64,000 nucleotides of DNA. It comes from a virus (Duplodnaviria; Caudoviricetes). The stretch's first letter is position 1. The number at the start of each line of letters is the position of its first letter. A program made the translations under genes and the position numbers. Location of the stretch: the IMG/VR virus record IMGVR_UViG_3300020050_009836, positions 1 to 64,000 of that record, one strand, 5' to 3'. Positions 29,747 to 37,597 of the stretch are shown here, piece by piece. The notes under the pieces are model-generated. The model was not told the DNA's origin. It saw only the letters and a list, made by a program, of their open reading frames with translations, and ran no database searches.

Positions 29747-30887
29747 GAATGCCTCCTGTCATGCCCGGATGCATCAGTAGTCCACCACTAGGTGCAAGTT
29801 TTTGCACTGCACCAGCGTCTGGATTTCCCGCCCACGTTGCGTTATATAGGTCAACAGTAGGCGCACCAGTGCTGTTTCCAAATCCAATATTTGGACTGTT
29901 TGGATACGGCGCAAAAGTATCATTACCAGTTAGACCATTGATGCGTTCATAGGCTAACGACACGCCAGCACTACCAGCGGTAACACTTGTCACGCTGGTT
30001 GCCGTATTTTGTAGCGTTACCATAATCAGACGATTGTACGTTTGTACAACTGCACCAGATGTAGCACCAAAGATGTTGCCACGAATCAAGACGCAGTTTT
30101 TGACTATGCTTGGATGTGTCGTATTAGTGCTTGAGATATAGATAGTTTGACTGTCAAATCCTTGGAAGTGACAGTTATGTATTTTTACGCCATTACCATC
30201 TGAACCGGTTCCGGATTGTGTAAAAACCATGGCTTGACCAGTAGGAGGACATCCTAAGAATATACAGTCCTTGATGTTTATATTCACATCGTAGGTGCTT
30301 GTGTGACGTTCGGCTGTAACACTAAAACATTGAGCACTTAAAAGTACACACCGGTCAAGCGTAAAGTCATAAGGAGTTCCAGCCGTATTTGTCATCTGGA
30401 ATATCTGATTATTTAATTGCACTACACTAAAAACGCATTTAGTAAAAGTCCAACCACGACAGGTCGTAAGTGCAATCGTATAACCACTAGTCCAAGTATC
30501 AAAATATAACGATTCCCAGTTGATGTAGTTTTTGCTTGTTGCTTGCAGTTGTCTGTAACCTGCTGATGTAGGGTTAGTAATATCAGTAGGAAAAACAGTC
30601 CAACGCACAACACCTGCGGTTGTGGCTGTCCACGCTTGGGTAGCGAGTGGGTCACCCTTGATGTTGATTTTATTACCGACTGTACCGCTACCACCGTCAT
30701 AGGGTAGAGCGGCACTCAGAGTTTCACGATACACGCCCGGTGCAATCCAGACTGTGTCACCAGCGATTAGCCCCGGATTAGTACCAGTCGCAGCACCGAT
30801 GGCAAAAGATATCTTAAGCCAAGGCGTGGTTGGGCTTGTGCCATTATTGGAGTCTGACCCATAAGTGGCTACATAGTAAGTCGCCAT
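29739..30887 (-). CDS. beta-helix virion protein without C-module, copy 1 (382 aa)
   Basis: MATYYV cap, solenoid, ends PDAGAVQ...GGLLMHPGMTGGIRG. Confidence 0.8.
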   Translation of the reverse strand: MATYYVATYGSDSNNGTSPTTPWLKISFAIGAATGTNPGLIAGDTVWIAPGVYRETLSAALPYDGGSGTVGNKINIKGDPLATQAWTATTAGVVRWTVFPTDITNPTSAGYRQLQATSKNYINWESLYFDTWTSGYTIALTTCRGWTFTKCVFSVVQLNNQIFQMTNTAGTPYDFTLDRCVLLSAQCFSVTAERHTSTYDVNINIKDCIFLGCPPTGQAMVFTQSGTGSDGNGVKIHNCHFQGFDSQTIYISSTNTTHPSIVKNCVLIRGNIFGATSGAVVQTYNRLIMVTLQNTATSVTSVTAGSAGVSLAYERINGLTGNDTFAPYPNSPNIGFGNSTGAPTVDLYNATWAGNPDAGAVQKLAPSGGLLMHPGMTGGIRG

Positions 30888-31114
30888 TATTCGGCAGTTC
30901 CTTGTGTTATCTGTTGAGCCATAATCACCGCAAACTGACTAACAATATTGAACTGAAAGTCTGCATCCTGTGAAACCCACCAAATATTGATGCTAGTTCC
31001 ATCAGGACCAAACGTGCCAATTTGCGTTCCCGAATCATCAAAAATATTGCCGTAAACACGCCAATCAGTGCTTGGAGCAGGTTCTTTTTCAATCCGAAAG
31101 TTCTGTAAGTTCAT
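30887..31114 (-). CDS. small array-partner protein (75 aa), paralog A
   Basis: IGTFGPDG..I..WWVSQD.DFQ.N.V.QF...MA..I..GTAE. Confidence 0.75.
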   Translation of the reverse strand: MNLQNFRIEKEPAPSTDWRVYGNIFDDSGTQIGTFGPDGTSINIWWVSQDADFQFNIVSQFAVIMAQQITQGTAE

Positions 31115-31407
31115 CTACATTCACCTTTGGCTATCGTTTTCCATCTCATTCTATGCCAAACGAATGCCCATGAAAACAATCCAGCAAGTCCTACATTTAA
31201 CACTATCTCAGAAACAGGTGGAGTTGACAGCGACAACACGTTCATCAATGCACCAGCGGCAATCATTGCAAGAGACAACTTTATCAACAACCGCATGTGT
31301 AAAGCCATACTTGACAGAGGGCTGTGGTCTGCTTGAAGCATAGCAATAAATCCAGTTATTGATACTGCAATAATGCCTGACGATATGGCATTAATCAGCG
31401 TTGCCAT
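31111..31407 (-). CDS. membrane protein (about 3 TM), holin/antiholin candidate
   Basis: Three hydrophobic stretches, basic C-terminus. Confidence 0.6.
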   Translation of the reverse strand: MATLINAISSGIIAVSITGFIAMLQADHSPLSSMALHMRLLIKLSLAMIAAGALMNVLSLSTPPVSEIVLNVGLAGLFSWAFVWHRMRWKTIAKGECR

Positions 31408-31708
31408 TCTTCTTTACCTCTGTTGTTGTTTTTGTTATTTGCAACTTTTCAGTAATGAACTCAACACCACGTAAACCAAGCGTCCCCATCAAAAAACTCA
31501 AACCAAGCATATACTTAGGGTCATTGATTTTTAGTAGGTCAGCAATTATCGGAGTCAGATATGTTGCACTTGCTGTGCCAGACAGAACAGCAATTACCAG
31601 ACCACCGATGTTCTTATGACTTTGCCGTGATACCCCAACAAGGCTGCCGAAAAAACCAGCAACAATCTGTTGTATCTCTTCCGAGCTCAGACCTCTATCA
31701 AATGACAT
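31391..31708 (-). CDS. holin-like membrane protein
   Basis: AGFFGSLVG...AVLSGTASATYLTP...GLSFLMGTLG pattern, charged tail. Confidence 0.65.
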   Translation of the reverse strand: MSFDRGLSSEEIQQIVAGFFGSLVGVSRQSHKNIGGLVIAVLSGTASATYLTPIIADLLKINDPKYMLGLSFLMGTLGLRGVEFITEKLQITKTTTEVKKNGNAD

Positions 31709-32054
31709 CTTCTGTCTCCCGTGTCGCTTTATTACGGCTGAGCACCGTTCCGACAGTTGTTATTTTCATCTCTTCTTCAAGTTGCTGGATAGCCGCCTGT
31801 TTGGCACTTTGAAGTTGAAACGTTGGTACGTCTTTATCCTGACGTATAAAGAAGGCGATACAGGCACTAACTGCTGCTGGTACACCGCCTTGAAGTCCTT
31901 CAATACAGGAGATAGTAAATGCCTTCATGACTAAGCCAAAAGATGCAGTGTCTGGTATATGTTGTGTCTTCCAACTAGAGTCGAACTCAGGTCCGAAGCC
32001 AACCATAAAAGCACCTAGGGCTATCAAGAATAAACGTCCGTAAGCAATGTTCAT
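31698..32054 (-). CDS. membrane protein, holin candidate
   Basis: Hydrophobic N-terminal and central segments. Confidence 0.55.
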   Translation of the reverse strand: MNIAYGRLFLIALGAFMVGFGPEFDSSWKTQHIPDTASFGLVMKAFTISCIEGLQGGVPAAVSACIAFFIRQDKDVPTFQLQSAKQAAIQQLEEEMKITTVGTVLSRNKATRETEDVI

Positions 32055-32464
32055 AGGGCATCTACTCCAGTATCAGAAACAACGTCAGCATTAGCGATAA
32101 GCAATAAAGCATCTGAACGACCGTAGTCCACAGACTTGATATTAAACACTCTTTGCCTCATCGTCCCACTTACAACTTTAACTCTGTCCTTGGGCATCAG
32201 GGAGGTTCCTGTGGGCATATAAATCTGCCAGTTGCTTCTAGCCTGTAGCACTCCACCTTCAAGGGATTCTTTACCGTCACTGAAAACTATTCTTGCTTTG
32301 ACTGCCTTGACGAGTCGCCAATCAGATGTGATTCCACCCATGCCGTCAGACTGGGGTAAGTCACGAAGTACTTGTACCTCCGTACTGCATGCACGGCGTA
32401 CCATCTCAGCACGAATTGGTGATAGAGCATCTTGATTAAACATAGACAAGATAAATGTACACAA
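32051..32464 (-). CDS. head-closure/head-tail adaptor (SPP1 gp16-like)
   Basis: SDGMGG....W..V..V.ARI...WQIYMP...PKDRVKV...RVFNIKSV; start may be MFNQ at 32443. Confidence 0.75.
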   Translation of the reverse strand: MCTFILSMFNQDALSPIRAEMVRRACSTEVQVLRDLPQSDGMGGITSDWRLVKAVKARIVFSDGKESLEGGVLQARSNWQIYMPTGTSLMPKDRVKVVSGTMRQRVFNIKSVDYGRSDALLLIANADVVSDTGVDAL

Positions 32465-32543
32465 AGTCTGAACACATATCTATGGAATCTGCGTTGACAG
32501 TGGTCTACATGGGGTGTAGTATCTCTACGGTGTGTTTCGCATG

Positions 32544-32576
32544 AAAAAAAGACCTACCTTCCGGTAGGTCTTTTTT
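32544..32576. terminator. bidirectional intrinsic terminator
   Basis: A7-GACCTACC-TTCC-GGTAGGTC-T6. Confidence 0.85.
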
Positions 32577-33051
32577 AGTAGATGTTGTATGGACGGTATC
32601 TTTCAGCCGTCTTTAAACAGTTTTCATACAACTGATTCATCTTGATGTCAACAGACTCATCTTTAGAATCAGCAAACTCGGTACAGCGTTGTGCTTTTAG
32701 TAGCCATCCACGCCAAGCGGCTCGCTTGACATCGTAACGTTCAGTCCAAGCACTTCCATCATCAGCCCACTCACATGTGCCATCTGTTTGGAGTTTGCCC
32801 TTGTATGGGTTAGTTGTCCAAGACGGCTCGGTCTCACCTGTTGTACCGGCTCCGATACAAACGTAGATACGACCATTGCGTGTAGCCGGAAAAACTATGT
32901 CGTCAACTTGATATGCGGTTTCTGGTTCCCAAAGGTAGCCACGTTGGCTTTCATCCACTAGAGTCAACAAATCATCTGACGACAAAACAGGTTGCCTATC
33001 AGCACTGCACATACGTGCTAAATCTAAAGCGATTTGTTCTCTTGTTTTCAT
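32575..33051 (-). CDS. head-tail connector (gp6-like) with inserted carbohydrate-binding-like segment
   Basis: Position after capsid genes; YDVKRAAWRGWLLKA C-part; internal WEPETAYQVDDIV...YVCIGAGTTGETEPSW. Confidence 0.7.
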   Translation of the reverse strand: MKTREQIALDLARMCSADRQPVLSSDDLLTLVDESQRGYLWEPETAYQVDDIVFPATRNGRIYVCIGAGTTGETEPSWTTNPYKGKLQTDGTCEWADDGSAWTERYDVKRAAWRGWLLKAQRCTEFADSKDESVDIKMNQLYENCLKTAERYRPYNIY

Positions 33052-33065
33052 ATGTTAGAGACCAA

Positions 33066-33096
33066 GTGGGCAGGTGGGATTTTCCCACCTGCCCAC
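33066..33096. other. strong intergenic hairpin
   Basis: GTGGGCAGGTGGGA-TTT-TCCCACCTGCCCAC between decoration and connector genes, no clear U-tract. Confidence 0.7.
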
Positions 33097-33103
33097 TTAT
33101 GGA

Positions 33104-33538
33104 TTACAGAATAATTTCTGTTCCGGTTACGCCACGGGTTGCAGCCGTAGAAGGTGCTTCCTTCTGGCGGGACAACTCACCCCAAGCAGCAGCGAGAGTT
33201 GGACCAGCACCAGCCGTGAGAGCCAGTTTGATGTAACGTCGTCGCTTGCGGGTGTCAAGTTGGAATGCCCAAATCTTGCCGTTGTCGGTTGTAGCCGTAA
33301 CGGTAAGAGTCGTGGTACCAGCGACATCAACAAAGGTGCTGTTGTCGTCGGACTCAGTCAACTTAAAGTTACCAGATGTGACGTTTGCTCCAACGCTACC
33401 AAAGTAGACGTAGACAGTAGCCCAGTCTGCCTTGACGCCCTGTTGAACAGTGTCAAGAGTAGTCGTTGTGAATGCAGCACCGTTTGCGGAAACGGGTGCA
33501 AGCATCGTCATGATTTTGCTATCTTGCGAACTAACCAT
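33104..33538 (-). CDS. capsid-associated/decoration protein
   Basis: Directly after MCP; LTESDDNSTFVDV...RRRYIKLALT beta-rich pattern. Confidence 0.65.
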   Translation of the reverse strand: MVSSQDSKIMTMLAPVSANGAAFTTTTLDTVQQGVKADWATVYVYFGSVGANVTSGNFKLTESDDNSTFVDVAGTTTLTVTATTDNGKIWAFQLDTRKRRRYIKLALTAGAGPTLAAAWGELSRQKEAPSTAATRGVTGTEIIL

Positions 33539-33550
33539 AGTTTTATCCTC

Positions 33551-33575
33551 AGCCTAGGGGACTAACCCCTAGGCT
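33551..33575. other. intergenic hairpin after MCP
   Basis: AGCCTAGGGG-ACTAA-CCCCTAGGCT. Confidence 0.65.
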
Positions 33576-33588
33576 AATTTCAAAGTGA

Positions 33589-34950
33589 TTACGAAGCAGC
33601 CGTAATCAGACCAACGATAGGACCCGGCTGGCGAAGAGCCGCAGTTGACGAAGCGTTTCCAACGTCATGGACGTTGATATCGTAACGCTGTGTACCACGG
33701 AGGGTCAGTTCGTCGGTCGTGAAGGCAGCATGCTCGGAAAGAGCAAGCGTAACGTCACGGCGGTCACCAAGCATGGAACCAAGGCGAAGGTCGCCAAGGA
33801 GACAACATACCTGTGAGTTAGCCTCATCCTTAGGCATGACCTGTGCAAACTCCACTGGATAACCCATGAAGTATTGGCGTGGGATGCCGTTGATGATTTC
33901 GGTCGAAGTAACACCACCGGTTGCTTCAGCCAACTTACACATGACCTCATGGTAGAAGGAGCGGTGAACAATCCACCGTGCACCAGCACCGTCAGCGTAC
34001 TGTGGAAGACGACCGATAACCTTGCGGAAGTCGGACAGAATCAACTCGGAGTAAGCGTTTCCGGTTCCAACTACGAGACCAGCGATATTAGCGATGGTTC
34101 CGTCAAGACCCTTGATTTTCTCACGGACACCGACGATACCGCCGTATGTGGAGGTGCCGTCGCCGTTGAAACCAGCGTTGTCTTCAGCGTTTGCAAATGC
34201 ATATGCGATTTCGTCGGAAACCGTGTTTGCAATTTCAATCGTGGAGTCTTCGTTGAGTTCAGCAGTCAACTTAGCAATAACGCCAAGCTTCTTGGTTACC
34301 AAGCGAACACGGTCCCAGTTGAGTTCGGACTCGTTGATGGTTGCGCCTTCTCCAACGTAGAACGCTGTCAAGCCACCCTTACGGCGTGGACGGGACTGCG
34401 TGTCAGAGGTCATTGGGACAACACGGGTCAGACGGCGGAACACACCATACTGCTCACGGAGGTCGATGAGGTCGTTGAGGAACTCTTCAGGAACAAGGAA
34501 TCCACCGACTTCGTTCTCGAACTCGTTGTGACCCTTGATTTCAATTCCACGCTCACGGCACCATGTTGCTGCCTTAGCATTTCCAGCAGGTCCACCAAGG
34601 AACCACTGTCCAAAGCGGTAAGCCTTGAGTGCGCGCTCCTGTTGCGTAGCACCAGCAAAGTTGGTAACACGGTTGCCAGCAGGGAGGCGGAGTGCCTTCA
34701 TTGCATCAACTTCAGCACGGTCAGCAGCAGACTTTACTGCTGGTTCTGGCTTAGGTGCTTCGTATGGAAGTGCATTTGTCTCGGAGATGGAGCGCAGGGA
34801 CTTGATACGGAGGGAAATGCCTTCATTCTCTTCAATCAAAGTTGCGGCATCTGCCGGGTCAAGGTTCATGTCTGCGAGAATAGCCTGAGCGGTAGCCTTG
34901 TTGGCTTCCATCTTGGACTCAAGCGAGTTGATACGGGAAATAATATCCAT
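33589..34950 (-). CDS. major capsid protein, HK97 fold with N-terminal delta domain
   Basis: GGFLVPEEF, FYVGEG, KKLGVIAKLTAELNEDS, strong codon bias, follows protease. Confidence 0.92.
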   Translation of the reverse strand: MDIISRINSLESKMEANKATAQAILADMNLDPADAATLIEENEGISLRIKSLRSISETNALPYEAPKPEPAVKSAADRAEVDAMKALRLPAGNRVTNFAGATQQERALKAYRFGQWFLGGPAGNAKAATWCRERGIEIKGHNEFENEVGGFLVPEEFLNDLIDLREQYGVFRRLTRVVPMTSDTQSRPRRKGGLTAFYVGEGATINESELNWDRVRLVTKKLGVIAKLTAELNEDSTIEIANTVSDEIAYAFANAEDNAGFNGDGTSTYGGIVGVREKIKGLDGTIANIAGLVVGTGNAYSELILSDFRKVIGRLPQYADGAGARWIVHRSFYHEVMCKLAEATGGVTSTEIINGIPRQYFMGYPVEFAQVMPKDEANSQVCCLLGDLRLGSMLGDRRDVTLALSEHAAFTTDELTLRGTQRYDINVHDVGNASSTAALRQPGPIVGLITAAS

Positions 34951-34962
34951 ATCTATACCTTT

Positions 34963-36675
34963 CTAGTTTTGCATTCTCTGTGCGAGAAGTTTGCGGGTCA
35001 GTTCATCTCGCATGCGACGAGCTTGCTCATCATCATACGATTTGACATCTTCCTGAACTGGTTCTTCAGTCTCTTCTGTTGCTTCCACAACTTCAGTTTC
35101 TACTACTACCAATTCTTCAGCGGTTTCAGTAACAACTTCATCAGTCACTACTGGCTCAGCGTCTTCTGTTGTTTGTTCAACAACTTCTTCCACTGGTTGA
35201 ACATCTGCTGACTTAAAGTCAACTTCGTCCACTTCGGCTTCTTCCACTGCATCGCACAGTGCCTTCCACCCATGAGAAGCAAGCATTTTTGCTTCCCGGC
35301 GAGAAAGACTGAGTACCTCACGCACCCGTCGCTCGAATTCCGTAACGCTAGTCGGCTTGGACTTAGCGAAAATACATTTCAGGTCAACCGCTTCCTTCAT
35401 AGGACGCTTACGGTTGTACATATAACTACGTAACATCGTACCGAAGGTATCAACATTGTTCATGAGGGTTGAATGGTACTCATCCATATCCTCTTCTTCA
35501 ACTTCACCTTCATTGAGTGCTGTTAGCATCTCTTGGTAAGCCATCATCAAGTGGGAGAGGATGCTTGAAAGACCTTGTGCGTCTACGCCTTCCATCTCTC
35601 GCTCTGAGTACATAGGAGGCATACCGCCACCACCCATCATCTCGTCAGGCTCACCACGGTATGGACGCTTCTTGCCGGGTCCACACATATCCATTGCATC
35701 TTCTTCTTCAATGAGTCCGTAACCCATGCCGTAACCAGCCATTTCATCGGCTGATGGACGGTTGGACATAACACGCTTTTTGCGTGGGTACATCCAAGAA
35801 TATGTATTTACTTCAGGCATTCGCATCTTAGGTTTCACCGCTGGCATAGGCATCATCTGAGGTTTAGGGTAACCACCGCCACATTTCATAGGATTTTCTA
35901 TCTTCGTCAATGTACCTGCTCGATGAACAGTAAGCACATCCGACAACTCTTCGTCACCATCGTTGTTAGTTGCAAAGACACGCACCTGATAAGCAGGTTG
36001 TGCTTCTGTGCCAATCATTGGCTTTCCGGCTGGTTTAGGAGATAGTTGACCATTCGTGGATACGGCAGTAATACGTCCTTGTGCCATGCCACCAGATGAC
36101 TGCCAACGAACATTGTCTCCGACCTTCAAGTCACCGACTTCAGCCTTGAACTCATCAGTGCTTACAAGACTCGCAAAGTTAGATAAAGACTTAGCAAAAG
36201 CAAGGTTACGTGGTTCGGCAGGACGTGGTGTAAGGCTTGCTTCAGCAAGAGGCCATACTGTCAATAGATTTGAGTCACCATCAAAAGACTTCTCACGAAC
36301 AACGAGATGACCAGCCGCTCCACTTGAAAAGCCTAAGCGACCTTCAACGGCAAGCCTCTTAATCATTTCTCGATACTGGTCAGACATTTGAATCTGACCT
36401 TCGTACCAAAGTCCTGCTTCTTTGACAACTATTCGACCTGCGCCGACAGCCTTCTTACCAACGACCGGGTCCATACCGTGAGCATAGTAGAGATTCATTG
36501 GCATAGAATCACCTATCTTCAACGGTCGCCCAAAGTCACACTGAGGTGAAAAGACATCGCCTTCAAGGTCTTTGCCACCAAAGCGTATAAGGTAACCACG
36601 GACTTTACCGTCTGTGGTGGCTTTTACTTCATCGCCAAAGCGAATCACAATTTCGTTGTCGTAATCTACTGACAT
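34963..36675 (-). CDS. prohead protease fused to Tudor-like domain and acidic scaffold tail
   Basis: GYLIRFG..DLEGD, YYAHG, LGFSSGA, WPLAEASLTPRPAEPR; LKVGDNVRWQSSGGMAQGRI; E/D/V-rich C-terminus. Confidence 0.85.
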   Translation of the reverse strand: MSVDYDNEIVIRFGDEVKATTDGKVRGYLIRFGGKDLEGDVFSPQCDFGRPLKIGDSMPMNLYYAHGMDPVVGKKAVGAGRIVVKEAGLWYEGQIQMSDQYREMIKRLAVEGRLGFSSGAAGHLVVREKSFDGDSNLLTVWPLAEASLTPRPAEPRNLAFAKSLSNFASLVSTDEFKAEVGDLKVGDNVRWQSSGGMAQGRITAVSTNGQLSPKPAGKPMIGTEAQPAYQVRVFATNNDGDEELSDVLTVHRAGTLTKIENPMKCGGGYPKPQMMPMPAVKPKMRMPEVNTYSWMYPRKKRVMSNRPSADEMAGYGMGYGLIEEEDAMDMCGPGKKRPYRGEPDEMMGGGGMPPMYSEREMEGVDAQGLSSILSHLMMAYQEMLTALNEGEVEEEDMDEYHSTLMNNVDTFGTMLRSYMYNRKRPMKEAVDLKCIFAKSKPTSVTEFERRVREVLSLSRREAKMLASHGWKALCDAVEEAEVDEVDFKSADVQPVEEVVEQTTEDAEPVVTDEVVTETAEELVVVETEVVEATEETEEPVQEDVKSYDDEQARRMRDELTRKLLAQRMQN

Positions 36676-36700
36676 AGTTCTTTCATATCCTCTGCAAACG

Positions 36701-37597
36701 TCACGCTTGTTCAGAATTGTCTTCGTCTACAGTTAGTAATACATTTAGTGAATCACCTTTCAACCACTTTGCGTACCTGCCGTCACCAAGGACGGACTTC
36801 GCTTCGTAGGTTGGCAGTAATTCGAAGGCTTCATCCGCTGATTTAATGGACTTCACTTCTTCTGCAACATCATTTAAATAAAACAACGGAACACACTTGC
36901 AACCACTTCCGTGAGTCGTAAACGAACTAGTTAAATTAATATCTGTTCCGTGTACAAACCAGCATTCTGCTTTTGTCGTCACGTCGCAAGGGGTAACCGT
37001 CACACATTTGACGTTCTTGTCCCTTATAGTCAAGCGGACTACATCAGTAAAGATGTTTTTTGCAGCTTCAGTAAACACAGAAATTATATTGGATACAAAG
37101 TCTTCATCTGCATCAGCAATAGCCGACATAATTAATTCATGTGGTTGACTAAATGAAATATTGTTTGCTGCCCTAGCATTGTCAACTATAGTTTCTATTT
37201 CACATTCCATCTGATAGTCAAGTTCAGGCGTAAATAGTTGCTTCAGGAAGTCACTTGCTTCTTCTTCACTGATTAACTGCTTGCCATTAAGCACTTCAGA
37301 ACTTTCATTTAGTTCTTCAATAATCAGAGTCGCAAGAGATGACTTCGTTTCATCAAACTTATCAAGCATCAGACTAGCGGTCGTGACAACTATGGTTTGC
37401 AGTCTACGCAAAAGTATTGCTGATGTCTGGGCATCAAGACCACTCATTTTAACCATAGTGCCGATGGCGTCAATAGACTCTCGTTGTTTTTTAAATTTAT
37501 CTTTGAGTTGTTTGACTGTGCGGTTTACGCTCTGGTCGTACTCATCACTCAAACTTCTCATGATGAGTAGTGCTTCATCTACACGTTCCGTGCTCAT
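36701..37597 (-). CDS. MuF/SPP1 gp7-like minor head protein (divergent)
   Basis: Between portal and protease; C.F.HG....THGSGCKCVPL and VLGDGRYAKW. Confidence 0.55.
   Translation of the reverse strand: MSTERVDEALLIMRSLSDEYDQSVNRTVKQLKDKFKKQRESIDAIGTMVKMSGLDAQTSAILLRRLQTIVVTTASLMLDKFDETKSSLATLIIEELNESSEVLNGKQLISEEEASDFLKQLFTPELDYQMECEIETIVDNARAANNISFSQPHELIMSAIADADEDFVSNIISVFTEAAKNIFTDVVRLTIRDKNVKCVTVTPCDVTTKAECWFVHGTDINLTSSFTTHGSGCKCVPLFYLNDVAEEVKSIKSADEAFELLPTYEAKSVLGDGRYAKWLKGDSLNVLLTVDEDNSEQA

Noticed and set aside
19023-31114. Diversity-generating retroelement acting on the beta-helix array
   Set aside because: No reverse transcriptase in the window and no template/variable repeat pair differing mainly at adenines; similarity is paralogous coding sequence.
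33874-35211. 445-aa plus-strand ORF antisense to the major capsid gene (also 33074-33565)
   Set aside because: In register with strongly biased codons of highly expressed genes, which suppresses antisense stops; translation is C/V/S-rich with no motif, RBS or promoter.
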